Source: Podospora anserina (Eukaryota). Taken from it: a stretch of 64,000 nt of DNA. A model generated the notes under the pieces. The model was not told the DNA's origin. It did not search any database and worked only from the letters and a program-made list of their open reading frames with translations. Location of the stretch: assembly GCA_017654855.1 (NCBI GenBank), contig CM030335.1, positions 1,612,001-1,676,000 on the forward strand. The letters are read 5' to 3'. Of this stretch, positions 36,454 to 48,420 are shown in pieces. Made by a program: the position numbers and the translations under genes. How positions within the stretch are numbered: the first letter of the stretch is position 1; each line of letters starts with the position of its first letter.

Positions 36454-38284
36454 ATGGCGGCCTCGCCCTCGAGCGCCGCCGGTGCCACGACGGCAAACAG
36501 CTCGCCGTCCTCCGACCCCATCCTCCGCAACGCGCTCCGATACACCATCTCCGCTCGCGAATACGCCCTCTTGCACAAATATGTCATTTCGAAATCCCGA
36601 GCGCTGAAGCGGCGAGCGCCGACGGTGGAGAAGGTGAGGAATATGATGGATGGGCCTCAGCAAATGCCACAGCAGCAGGGGAGGACGGGGTCTATTGGTG
36701 GGCAGGGGGATAAGAGACAGGGATCGATCAAAGGGATGGATGTCGCTCCGCCGACAGCACAAGGGGCGGATGATTACAATGCAAAGGCCATCAGGCATTC
36801 CATCAGGGTGTTTATGGCCACCGGGGCGGTGATGAAGCTTTGGGGGTTGGCGCAGACGAGGTTGTTGGGGAAGAAGGGGGATGGGGGAGGGAAGGATAAG
36901 CAGGGGAGGTTGCACAATAGTCCTACTCTGAGGTTGGGGTTGAGTTTGAGCACGATTTTGTTTCTGTATAGGGTGTTGTTTAGGTTTTTTACGAGGTTGA
37001 GGGTGCAGCTGCTGGAGCCGAGTGCTGCGCCGTTTAGGAAGCGGAATCCGAAGACGGCGAGCACGCTGACGAGTCCGTACGCGCCGGCTGTTGGGGCGAG
37101 TTTGGCGGGGTTGGCGTTGGGGGTTTATCCGGCGGAGCAGTTGAGGGTGACGATTGCTTTGTTTTTGGGGTTTAAGGCTGTGGAGTGGGGGTGGAATTGC
37201 GCAGAGGAGAATGGGATGGTTTGGGGGTGGGAGAAGACGGGGTTGGGCGGGAAGGGGAAGATGAGGGAGAGGCCTTGGTGGTGGGGGAGTTGGATGTTGC
37301 AGCCGTTGGCGTTTGGGCAGTTGTTGCATGCGGCGGTGTTTGATAGGGAGTGTTTCCCGAATGGGTTCGGGAATGTGGTGGAGAGATTTTCGTTGACGTA
37401 TTTGCATCCCAAGCCAGAGGATTTCCCGGCGGGAATGCAGTGGCCTACAACTGAGGTGGTGGTGGACGGGATTGCGAGGATGGCGAAGTTGAGCTGGCCG
37501 TAAGCTTTGCATTCTAGATATGGTGAAGACATGGTGCTGACACGTTTTCAGGGCGTTTATCTCGCCAACCCTCTTCCCAGGCAAAGAGGACACCCTCCCC
37601 CCTGGGCTCTCCGCCATCGCGCCTCTGACCTCGGGCGCCCATCCCCTTATCACGTCGCTTTCTTGTGCGACACTTCACCCCTCCGACCCATCTTGCACAC
37701 GCACATTCCTCACCTTCTGGCTCCGCTCCTTCCCACCACTCACCCGCATCCTTTTGCTGGTCTACTCTGTCCTGATGCTCCCCAAGATGAAGTCCTTTTA
37801 TCACTTCCCCGTCTCCACCATCCAGACCCTTGTGTCCAACGCTCTCCGGATGTCGACCTTCCTCACCGGCGCCGTTGCCACCGCCTGGTCAAGCATCTGC
37901 TTCTTCCAGAGCTGGTTCCCACGGACTTTCCTGCCCACTCAACGGATGTTCCTCGGTGGGTTCCTGGCTGGTCTCTGGGCGATTATCGAGCAGGGGAGAC
38001 AAGGAAGCAGACAGATCTTCTTGTATAGCGCCAAGGCTAGTGTCGAAAGCTTCTGGAAGGTGGGAGTGAAGAGGAGGTGGTGGAGGGCGATGAAGGGGGG
38101 TGATGTGTGGGTTTTTGTTGCGGCGTTGATGCTCACTGGTGTTGTGTATGAGAGGGATGCGAGGGCGATTAAAGAGGGGAGCTGGAGGAAGGGGATCAGC
38201 TGGGTTAGGGGAGAGGGGTTGAGGGATTGGGGGGTTGAGGTTGAGGAGGGGGAGGAGGATGAGGAACGGGAGAAAGAGGAGTGA
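36454..38284 (+). CDS. Polytopic membrane protein, TMEM135-like (2 exons)
   Basis: CACA ATG start. Intron 37500..37551 joins ...LSWP|AFISPTLFP. Motifs DPILRNALRYTISAREY, LYRVLFRFF.RLR, QLLHAAVFDRECFP, SCATLHPSDPSC and KGGDVWVFVAAL. Confidence 0.88.
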
Positions 38285-39589
38285 GGGGGTGGTGCTGATG
38301 GAAAGGGGCGGGTGTTGATTGATAGTATATAGACAGGGTAAGGGGTTGTTTGGGACCTTTTGGTGGGACCGCGTTGTCATTTTGATAGAGTGGTCTTGTG
38401 ATGAGATCTATGATGTATGAATGATTTATTTTTGGGACTTGGTTTTTACAGTCTTGCTCCGCGTCAGGTTGGACCGTCTTTTTTGCATTTAGGTGAAGTG
38501 ACCGTTTGGATAGGTAGGAGATAATCTTGGAGTGCTCTGTCACACTTCTGATGTCTGAAAGCGAGTACCTGCCAATGCAAATAGCATATTTTGATTTGGG
38601 GTATCGGTGGAAGATATTTTTTCGTGGTGGTGTAAGTTTGTCTAATACCTGTCAACTATCTTTTGAGGTGTGTTGGTTATCTTTTGAGGCATATCTAGTA
38701 GGCGAATTGTCAAGCCGAGACTGAGAGAATGTCGGGATGCTTTCATTTTCGAGTCATTTTGGACTTTTCCTGTGCATGAGCTACAGTGCACACTGTAGCT
38801 CATGCAAGATAGCTTGCAACAATCACGCCCTCATACATTCTAATACTACCTCCCATCCCAAGGATGATCCAGAACAACCACGTCGTGGACCAAAGATGGA
38901 GTTGCAATTTAAAAAGATAAAACAGGTTTGTCTTCGACTCTCCCTTTGAGACCTCAACTAAAGTAACAATCTCCATTTGTTTTGATCCATAACTCAAAAC
39001 CTCCCCCATGTTTCCCCGTGACAGATAGCTTCAACAGTGCCTGTCTATACAATAAAACCTCAAGTAGCGCATTGGAAAGCCCAGAACCTTTGCTTTTCTT
39101 GACAGTCCCGTATTGAATGGGTAAAACCATTGGTGGGATTGGGTAGAGGTGCATAGAAGTGGTTGTGTGAATGTTTGTGCAGATGTTCTGCTTTGGGTCT
39201 GGTGATCCAATCAAAGATATTGCCGACCCTTCCTGTTCTGTCCCGACCCGATGTCAGTGGGAAAGGGGTCAGGGGGGGTGTGTGCCAGAAAGTTTGCCTG
39301 GCCCCTCTTTCTTACCATATAATCCCGACATCAAATGTACCTACCTCGCCAAGTATCTGGAAGATCGAAACCTCGCATATTCAGTGTCCAAAGCCAATGT
39401 CTGGTGCGTGCTTGACAGTCACCACCTTCTCAGGACTGCCATTCACGTATAGCTCCCGACCCTAGCCGACTTTCTTCCCAAGCAACTTCATCATTCAGAC
39501 GCTCAGGATGGAAGCTCCAGGCATGTTTGGGGTCAAGGTCTTTCGGCATGCTGGAGAGCCTTGGAGGCAGCCCTCGAAAAGGGATACCT

Positions 39590-42170
39590 GGCCTGAAGAC
39601 ATGAATTCGGGGTTGCAATTATTTGTGCCCTCCCCTGTTGAGGCAACAGCTGTCACTGCAACATTTGATATCACCTTGCCCTCTACCGTTGCTTGGAGGC
39701 AAAAGTCGGCCGCAGGAACAGGAACAGCTACTTGGAGATGTGGCCATCAGCGACGGGATACTGCAGCATGACTTGGGGAGAAAGCTTGTCGGTCGGTTCG
39801 TGCCGGAGACGAAGCTCCTGGAACCAGGCGTGGAAATACGGGGAGTACTGGTGAAGTTGCGGACAGAACAGGCATGGGAGCTGCTGCAGACAGATGTTGC
39901 CAGCAATCTTGAGGTCTTGAAAGGGAAAATCTGGTCTTCTGGTTATCCTGGTACGCGTTGGGATTCTCTTTTCAGATCGGACTACCTGCACAAGAATCGC
40001 GGTGAAGAGAAATGTGAAGAGTGTGCAGGTGATGATGGAGTCTGTATGCGGTCGATTGAGATGACTTGTCAACAGCTCGGCTGCAATGAAACCGAGACTG
40101 TGATTCGCCGAAGGTTGGATTATCAGAGTGGCTCTATCATTCACATTGGACGCGTAGGTTCTGGGGACACGGTGATGAGGTTGGGAAAGGATCGTGATGA
40201 GATTGTGGAGCGAGATGGCATCATTGCATTTGAGATGGAAGGTGCTGGGGTGTGGGAGACCTTTCCCAACTGCTTGGTCATCAAAGGCATCTGTGACTAC
40301 GCGCATCGTCACAAGAACAAACAATCTCAGGGATATGCAGCTGCGACCGCAACCGCCGTCGCAAAGTCGTTTTTGAGAGTCTGGGACACATGTGAACATC
40401 AACATTCACCTCCAAAAAAGAGTTCGTAGCTGATGAATTCTCTAGGCATTCAAGAGGTCCCAAGAGATTTAGAGCCTCGGGAAGTCGAGAAAAGCGGGCA
40501 ATTTCCCGGCTGAGGCTCACGGCCTGTTGGACGTGCTGTTTACAACACCATATCTAGACCGCAAGAATCGTAATCCCGATGTGGTCCAGGGTACCTGTGA
40601 GTGGTTTATCCAGCATTAATTATCTTGCCAGTGGGAAAGGGGGGCGTTTCGAACACTCTGGGTATCAGCGGACCCTGGGTGTGGGAAATCAGTCCTGGCC
40701 AAACATCTGGTGGAGGATGTCATTCCAACCACCACGGCTCGAAAAACCTGTTACTTTCTTTTCAAAGACGATGTTGAGGATCAAAAGACAATGAACAGCG
40801 CGCTGAGTTGTGTATTACATCAGCTCTACTTAGTATTGTCGAACCCAGATTGCCTCCCGGCCGCCACTAAAAGCAAACTGTAAACAGATCCTGAGGGCTT
40901 CAAGAGCTCATGCGCCTGAACAAAACCGGAGCATGCCCGATTTAAGCTTCATTCTGACTAGTCGACCGCTTCAGGCCATTCGACGGGAGTTCCAGCTCAG
41001 GGACAGCCCGGGTTCCTCTGTAATCCACCTACGTGGTGAAAGTCAGGAGGAGATCCAGAAGATATCAGACGAGATCAACATCTTCATTCGAGCCAGAGTG
41101 CAAAGTATCGCTTCACTCTTTGGACCTCGAAGACAATGAGAAATACTTCCTTCTGAACCGGCTCCTCAGTGTCCCGCATCGGACTTACCTTTGGGCGCAC
41201 TTGATACTCGACTTGATCGAAAAGGCGGCCGATATAGACAAAGTCGGAGATGGATGAAGCCTTGCTGCAAACGGTCAGTGCGATTTGCTACAGGTCCAGA
41301 ATAACTATCCAGTATGGTACGAAGCTTATTGCTGGTCTAAATCCTCTCCTGGCGCGTTGACAGTGGCCGTCAATACCGGGCTTCTTCAACTGGTGGAGAT
41401 GATGTTGAAGTCAAGAGACGCCCATGGTAATGACTCTCTCAACGAGGGAACTGGCTAGCTTTAGCAGAACAAAATGGGACAAACACCTGTTTATGGAACA
41501 GCTTCTAATCTTTGTGTTGGTGAGGAAGAGGCCCTCCACTTCGAGTAAATCAAGTTACTCCTTGAAGCTGGCGCCGAGCTTTATAACATCGGCGAGCATG
41601 GTAGCACTCTGGTATGTTCTTTTTTTTAGCTTCGCTTATTTCCCCTCTTGTCTGCCAGATTGCGTCTCTGACACGTCCATGATTGGCAACAGCTTCATGT
41701 TGTCGCCCGCTACTGCCTCAGGGTGCAACCGGAGCCGGTAAAGTTGGTGTTGAACACCGGTGTAGATGTCAACCATCGACGCGAAGACGGAATTACAGCG
41801 GTACTCCTCACCTACAACCGGAGATGATACGACTATTGGCCGAACACGGTGCCAAAGTGGACGGAATTCTGCAGCATACTAGCGGACCTTTCGGCAACGA
41901 ATCGGTTCTGTCTCGCCTATTGCAACTAGGATCGCTTATACCGGAGTAGAGACTGTATGTACTGGAAGCTTTGCTCGATGCTGGTGCCCCCGTCGATGAA
42001 CGGAATGGTGATTCGCTTACACCACTTTTGCGAATCGCAATTCATGTTTCCGGGTTGAGTTCAAAGTTGGCAAGGCTACTTACTGGTCGAGAGAGGGGCA
42101 GATGTCAATACAGTAGATGCAAACCGAAGATCGGTACTCTCGTGGGCTGTTTCAGGATCTTGTAGTTGCA
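39590..42170 (+). pseudogene. Decayed NLR-like gene: PNP_UDP (nucleoside phosphorylase) - NACHT - ankyrin
   Basis: Fragments in the expected order but in different frames. PNP_UDP: HEFGVAIICALP/VEATAVTATFD, LLGDVAIS, IHIGRVGSGDTVM, AFEMEGAGVW, LVIKGICDYA. NACHT: NPDVVQGTCEWFIQH*, P-loop LWVSADPGCGKSVLAKHLV (about 40656-40712), FILTSRP, HRTYLWAHLIL. Ankyrin pieces: LLAEHGAKVD, LLDAGAPVDERNGDSLTPL. Confidence 0.88.
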
Positions 42171-42210
42171 ACTACCCGCTGCACGAGTTTCTCGTCGGTA
42201 GGGGTGCAAT

Positions 42211-42267
42211 CAAATCCTATTTGTGCACCCCCCTTTCACTTCCTGTGCATCCCCATATATGACCCTG
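42211..42267. mobile_element. Solo remnant of the same TIR seen at 24570 and 25212
   Basis: TGTGCACCCCCCTTTCACTTCCTGTGCATCCCCATATATGACCCTG aligns with 24598-24632 CCCTTTACTCCTTGTGCACCCCCATATAAACCCTG. Confidence 0.6.
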
Positions 42268-42513
42268 TCCATTTGCCCAGGGCTAGAAGCTACCACTATC
42301 ACCACCACCACCACCACTACCACATCAAAAGTACAATGCAAACACCACGATCCACAAGCATGTTACTAGGTATTTATAACGATACCAGACTTACTTGAAG
42401 ATTCCCATATAGACTGTAGTATAGCAAGTTATCAACCACCATCTACACATTCCTCTCGCAAATTAATGTAGACCCTGAAATCTAGGTACCACACAAGTAT
42501 CAACATTGACCGA

Positions 42514-43800
42514 CTACTCTTCGTCCTCCTTCAAAACCTCATGCCACATCCCCTCTACCGTGTGTACGAACCCGTCCCGGCCCTGAAAGTAACTCATGTT
42601 CTTCTCAAAGTGACAGTCTTCCATCCCCTCATCATCTTCCAGTTCCCGTCCGGCTTCCCCAGGTGGAAAGCAAAAGTCAGGTGCGCAAACCCCATGTACC
42701 ACCTTACCGCTAGCGGGGAACTGTCCACGTCTAACTGGCCCAAACCTTGAGGGAGGGGGCTGAAACATGTCTATGGCCTCCTCGAATGAGCCACTCTGAC
42801 CCGGCGGTGGGCTTCCATCCACGGGTCTGAAATGGAACATGTTATCAAACGCCAAATTGACCACTTCCTCATGCGAAAATTCCTTCAACCAAGGAATAAC
42901 CTTGATAAATGCCCACCGTTCTTCTTTGTTGTGTTGAATCGATGTGGGAGGGTCATTGTCAAAAACCACTACACAGTGTTGTCTGAAATGGTCTGAGGCA
43001 TGGCCGTCAAAAAAGTGGGATACCGCCGCGGGAAGACGCAGGTTCGATTGGAGGTTGGGATTTGGTAGGTAGGCTGCATCTTCTGGAGATATAGTGGATG
43101 ACCGTGGGCTTGTAATCAGATGGCTGGACGAGGGGTCATACTGCCATTCCCAAGTCCGACAGATGCCGTTGATGTCGACATCGTCAGGGTGCAGGCGGGA
43201 TGTCCGGGTTTCTTCACGGTGGCCCCCGATGGCTGCTTGAAACCCGGCGTTTTCCCACTTGATAAGGGCAAGTGTCTGTTCGATGGTCGTCCTGCAGACA
43301 CGGTACCGTCCCTGTGTAGTCAGGAAGTCCATCACCTTGACAAGTGAGGAGAGCTCGGGGTAACATCTTGAACGAAGGCCCTCGAAAGTGGACAGATACA
43401 TGCCTGTGGTAGGATAGTCTGGAGGTTCAACGATGACCAAAAGGAGGGGTTCCCGGAGAGTATGGAACTGCAATGACTTCATGAACGTGACTGCAATCCT
43501 GGTGATATGCAGAGTGTCAATGTATGGGTTGATCCAGCCTTGAAAAAGTCTTGGGAAGCCAAGATCGCCACTGTATAGGTACGAGAATGCCTGATAATAT
43601 CTCAAAGTCTCCTTCCGTGCTTCAATGTTGATGCTGAGGGTAACGGGTGATTCTCCTCCGTACCTGCGATCGGTTGCCCTTCTCGACCCGTGTGGGTCGA
43701 AGCCGACCGATGCTGGTTTCCATATAGAACGATAAATCATGAGCCAAATCTCAACAGGGAGGCAGTTCAGGCCTCTTGGTTCCGAACTTCTTGATGCCAT
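42514..43800 (-). CDS. 2EXR-family domain protein
   Basis: N-terminal LNCLPVEIWLMIYRSIW...PVTLSINIEARKETLRYY...WINPYIDTLHI pattern. Likely start is MASRSS at 43800. Confidence 0.8.
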   Translation of the reverse strand: MASRSSEPRGLNCLPVEIWLMIYRSIWKPASVGFDPHGSRRATDRRYGGESPVTLSINIEARKETLRYYQAFSYLYSGDLGFPRLFQGWINPYIDTLHITRIAVTFMKSLQFHTLREPLLLVIVEPPDYPTTGMYLSTFEGLRSRCYPELSSLVKVMDFLTTQGRYRVCRTTIEQTLALIKWENAGFQAAIGGHREETRTSRLHPDDVDINGICRTWEWQYDPSSSHLITSPRSSTISPEDAAYLPNPNLQSNLRLPAAVSHFFDGHASDHFRQHCVVVFDNDPPTSIQHNKEERWAFIKVIPWLKEFSHEEVVNLAFDNMFHFRPVDGSPPPGQSGSFEEAIDMFQPPPSRFGPVRRGQFPASGKVVHGVCAPDFCFPPGEAGRELEDDEGMEDCHFEKNMSYFQGRDGFVHTVEGMWHEVLKEDEE

Positions 43801-44344
43801 GATATGAGTGCAACCAGCCGACAAGTTGGAAAAATTGACTTTTTGAAGGAGGTGCAGACAGGTGAGTTGTCTTGGCTGAAGCTTGGTGAAGGGCAACGCG
43901 GTGGGTCGACCTCTCTTTTGAAGTTCGACAAAGTAAAGCAGACAGACAAGCAATTTGCGTATTATTGACGCAAGAATAGGGAGAAGGTAGCAAATACAAG
44001 ACAACATTGCAATCGTTCAAGTGTTTGCGATAACGTGGTATGGTCTGTGAATTCTGAAAGCTTGGCCTCTCCAAGATTGAGACCTGGAAGTTCTGGATCT
44101 GCATTGTAATCTGTATTTTGACGTGATAAACAGTTTCAAAATCTTCACCCTTCTGTAAAGATATTTATGTTCCAGTCTTGATCACTCACCGCAAAACAAC
44201 ACCGTTATTGGGTAAGTCATAGCGGCAACGCTTAGCTGGTACAAGTATTCTTTCTTGGGCACAGTGTATGCAGATACCTCAGAGTAAGAAGGGTATTCTC
44301 AGTGTGGTGAATCTTTGATACCGGGTCAACAGAGATAGTATGGC

Positions 44345-45121
44345 CTAAGAATCTGCTGCTCCCGAGGTCGGTAGGCGAGAACAGTTGTCGTAATAAATTG
44401 CATAGACATCTTGCCTTCTGGAATTCGGGTTCCACAACGGTTGAGCTCCCTGCAGCAATGTCTCCTGAGCTACACCAATCCCTGGTGGGCCGCTCTTCCT
44501 CCCCGTAGATGTAGTGGACGCAGTCGTAGACGTCTTGAAGCTCCGATATCCAGCACTCAGAAACACGCTCCGAGACACACCACCATTACCACCATCAGTG
44601 CCCACAACACCACCCCCAAATCTATCAATCGAAGCGGTCGTGACACCCTCCCCAAACTCCGTCCATGTCTGACTCCGTGTCGGCAGCCACTGATACACCG
44701 AAGTGGAAGAGCACATCGGAGCGAAAAAGTGGAATTCGCAGATTATCAACCTCATGCACCCGGGTGTTATTCGACTGCAGGAGGGACTCTTGGCGCAGCA
44801 CTCTCTGTAGTCCTCACAGATGGTGGCTTTTCTTGGCCATTTCACCTGATCTGTGTAGATGGTGCATCGCAACCAGGCAGCATCGGGGTCGATACCTCTC
44901 CAGTCTCCTCTCCAAGAGCATGTCTCTGCGCAGGTGTAGCTCGAGTTTGCCACACAGTCACGAGGACGATACACGCCGTACGGATTCCCGGGAAAGTTGG
45001 GTTGCCTCTGCGTCTGGGTAGCTGGAGTGGCCGTTGTTGTGGTCAAGGTGGCAAGGGCGCTGGGCAGAATTAGTGCCAGAACAATCGCCGCGTACGCGGC
45101 ATGACGGGTGATAGCGAGCAT
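44345..45121 (-). CDS. Secreted Cys-rich hypothetical protein
   Basis: Signal peptide MLAITRHAAYAAIVLALILPSALA, a Thr-rich spacer and about 11 Cys in the central region. TATA-like TATATA at about 45281. Confidence 0.65.
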   Translation of the reverse strand: MLAITRHAAYAAIVLALILPSALATLTTTTATPATQTQRQPNFPGNPYGVYRPRDCVANSSYTCAETCSWRGDWRGIDPDAAWLRCTIYTDQVKWPRKATICEDYRECCAKSPSCSRITPGCMRLIICEFHFFAPMCSSTSVYQWLPTRSQTWTEFGEGVTTASIDRFGGGVVGTDGGNGGVSRSVFLSAGYRSFKTSTTASTTSTGRKSGPPGIGVAQETLLQGAQPLWNPNSRRQDVYAIYYDNCSRLPTSGAADS

Positions 45122-46009
45122 TTCTGCAGGTCTTTCGGATAGATGCGATGACGATACCGCAGTCCCAGAAAAGGCCGATGTGTAAGGTTAACACGGAGGT
45201 AAGTGTTAATGGGACCTGACAGAGAGGGTTTGCGGCGTATGAACACAGCTAATAAGGCGTACCAGGGTCATGTTTATACGTATATACTTAGGTCTCGTGA
45301 TTGCCTCTAGAATTTAGAGCGCCTGCCTGGCCTAGTGGGCATAATCATACCTACCCAATCTTGGTTAAGAGGCTACCTGTGGTGCAACCATCGCCTAAGT
45401 AGGTATGTAGGCCTGTCACCAAGGTCACCCATCCCCCCATAGGTTGATCTTGACAGATAAAAGCAATGGGGTCGTTACAACGCGGTCCCGACACGGAATG
45501 TCAATATGCCTTGTCGTAATTAAAACATGCCGGTAGATCGAAAAGCTGGGAAGAAACCACGACTGTGGGTGGCGTGCTTATCAGGTTTGACGATCTGGGG
45601 TGCTGCGTCTCGTACATATCTCGACCAATGCCAGTGGCCCGTGGTTGTATCGAGATACCGGCCTGTTATCTCTTTCCGAACACTATAGCCGTCTGTGGGA
45701 CAGCTGGGTCAAACATCCGGCGACCAAGCTCCACACTCACAAGCATTGCAGCTGCAATATAAATTGATTGGGGCTGGATCCAGGATACTAAGTGCGCCTT
45801 GTGAGGCAGTTCGAGGCCACTTTAGTTACCCGCACTCGAGTATGCTTGACGCCAAGTTTATGTGATTCGAGATATGTGATGCATAAAGAGACCAACGGCT
45901 TTCAGGTTTTAAATCCACCTCTGCAGGGATGCTCAACTCGTGTGTTGATTTCGCCATATTGGCATTCTAAACCTGCTCCTGCCGGATATTCAATAAAGAC
46001 CGACAAATC

Positions 46010-48206
46010 ATGGAAACCGCAGAATTTCAGGCCCAGGCTTCCCCGGAATTATCTCCATCCCAAGAATCCATGGGGACATCCCTCGATGAGAAGAAGACGG
46101 GCACTGTTACTCATCAGCCCGCCAGTCAGGATCATCTCGGTGCAGAGGACCAATTCACCGGTTGCCCACCAAGACCTCGAGGTGAACTCGTAAAAGTCTG
46201 GATATTTGAGCTTCTCTGTCTAGTGGTCAGTCTTGGATCTCTCTTCAGTGGGTACAACTCCAGAATGGTCACAGTGCAAATGCTTACAACATACCCCCAG
46301 TCATCATCAGTGTCCTGAAGACATATGACAATCACCCACTTCCCAAGCTTTCATTCCACATCACCCTCAACACCTTTCTTGCCTTCTTCACCACCCTAGC
46401 TAAAGCAGCTTTCATGAGCCCCGTGGTGGAGTGTATCAGCCAGTGGAAGTGGAATTGGTTCGATCAAGAGCATCCCATAACCGATTTCGATGTTTTTGAT
46501 AAGGCGAGTCGTGGCGTCTTCGGGTCGGTCTTGCTGCTGAGGTTGCTCAAAGGAAGACAGTTAGCTGTGGTTGGTGCGGTGATATCCATTGTGGGCATTG
46601 TCACAACGCCTGTCACCCAGCTTCTCATCGAGTATCCAAGTCGTTTGGTATCTCTACCCCCAGGCCCGGACACCCCAAACGCTACCATTCCGGCTGTCCA
46701 GAACTATCGCAGCCGTGTTGGTCTGGCTGGGCCACGATCGCTCGACATCACCAGCTTTGTTTCGGCCGGCCTTGTGCATCCGTCAGGTTCACTGATCAGT
46801 GAGGTGGTTCCGGTATGCCCCAGCGGAACCTGTGAATTCCCTGAATTTGAAAGCTTGTCGCTTTGTTCCAAGGTAGCCAACATTACGGATCGAATACGGG
46901 TCGGGCAAGTCCCCTTTTCTACCTCCCGTGACTGGACAACTTGGGATAATACGATTGACAAGAACCCCCTCCTGCTTAACGGAACCCTGGCCTACAATGT
47001 GTCCTTCCTTGATGAGGAAGACGAGTACTTCGTTGCCCCAGTGTCCTTCACATTGTACAGCTCGCGTCTCGTTCGATCTATTGCCTTCGCCGAAGATAAG
47101 ACCCTTGCCGCTGCATGGGTGGCCGGATACAAGGTTGTGTGGTCTAACGCCGGCAACGTCACATACACTCACGGCAACTCAACAAGCTCGAACCCTTGGA
47201 ACTGGCAGGCCTTCGAGATGGTTTACTACGCCTGCGTCAACAGATACTCGGTCCGTGTTGACAATGGAACTGCACGCACAGTGACTCTGTCGTCGCATGA
47301 CGTGGTTGGGCCTTCAGACCACGGTGTGATAGCAATCAACTGTACGACACCAAGACTGGTCAGTGGAGGGGCACAGAAGACACAGTGTCAGCAGGACGGG
47401 AGAAACCCCAACCAAGGGGTGCTCACACTCAAGGGCAGCCTTCCGACAGCTCAGGGTTCAAACTTTACCGCAGATGTGCGGAGTTTGACACTCCTGGGCC
47501 AGGCCATCACCCATGATTCAGCTGGTATCTGGGCCTGGGATGGTGGTGCGGTGAAGATTCTGGTGGGAAATGTCGCAACCCCAACGCTTGCTGATGCCGT
47601 ATACGGATACAGAACCGATGACTTTGGAACAGTCGAAAACCGGTTGCAGACCTGGGATACCGAAATCCAACGACAGAGGCTGCAAAATGTGGCCACCAAT
47701 TTGGCGGTAAGCATAACCAATGGGTAAGTGACGAGCCTCCTCTGTTCCTTCAGACAGATAGCCTGTTGAGGTATCAAACTGGTTGACAAAGCTTTTCCAG
47801 CCTTCGCTCTATCAGATCTGATATCAATTCGACCGATGGGGCGGATAATGCTTTCCCGGTGGTTGGCACTGTCCTTGAGATGCAAACATTTGTGCAGGTG
47901 CGCTGGGTGTGGTTGACCCTCATCGTTTTGCAGCTTGGCCTCGCTCTGATATTCTTCATCATGACCGTGATTGCGACTCGTCGTCTTGGTGCTCAAGTTC
48001 GCAAGAGCTCGGCGCTTGAGACATTGTATGCGCTTCACCCCAATGGCGGGCTTGGAAACGAGGGGACAAAAGCTCAGATGGTTCGACAACACGGCAATAT
48101 GGTATTGTTGCTGTCGTCTGCTGATCCGCCCCAGCAAGTTGCAGCGAGACAAAATTCGCAACCGAAACAGAGAAAGACTGATGACAATTTGAGCTCACAT
48201 GGGTAG
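46010..48206 (+). CDS. DUF3176-family membrane protein (3 exons)
   Basis: WIFELL...YDNHPLP...ITLNTFLAFF...CISQWKWNWF...DFDVFDKASRGVFGS, CPSGTCEFPEFESLSLCSK and C-terminal FVQVRWVWL...KSSAL. Introns 46248..46300 and 47724..47800 are in frame. Confidence 0.9.
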
Positions 48207-48420
48207 CGGGGCGAATGGAGCCTGATGTCGAAATCAGAAGGAAGGAGCAGGCGGGGACACACTATCCTGTTTAATTGGAAGCCTAAGGTACTTAGCTGCT
48301 AGGTAGTTACCTACTAGGTAGCTACCTTAGAGAGACGGTTGGCCTGAAGCATAAGGTATCTTATCTAATAACACGAATATATATGTTATCCTTGCCAGTT
48401 CCGTCCTGACACCTGACAAA

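Noticed and set aside
37500-37503. Apparent premature stop in the TMEM135-like ORF (possible A-to-I-corrected stop)
   Set aside because: The TAA is part of a GTAAGC splice donor, and splicing restores the frame.
36415-37653. 412-aa minus-strand ORF
   Set aside because: Antisense to the G-rich exon of the TMEM135-like gene.
38880-39590. Protein-like fragments upstream of the NLR relic, and a search for an adjacent amyloid-signalling or HeLo effector gene
   Set aside because: I could not assign the fragments and saw no HET-s/PP/sigma-type motif or HeLo/HELL domain.
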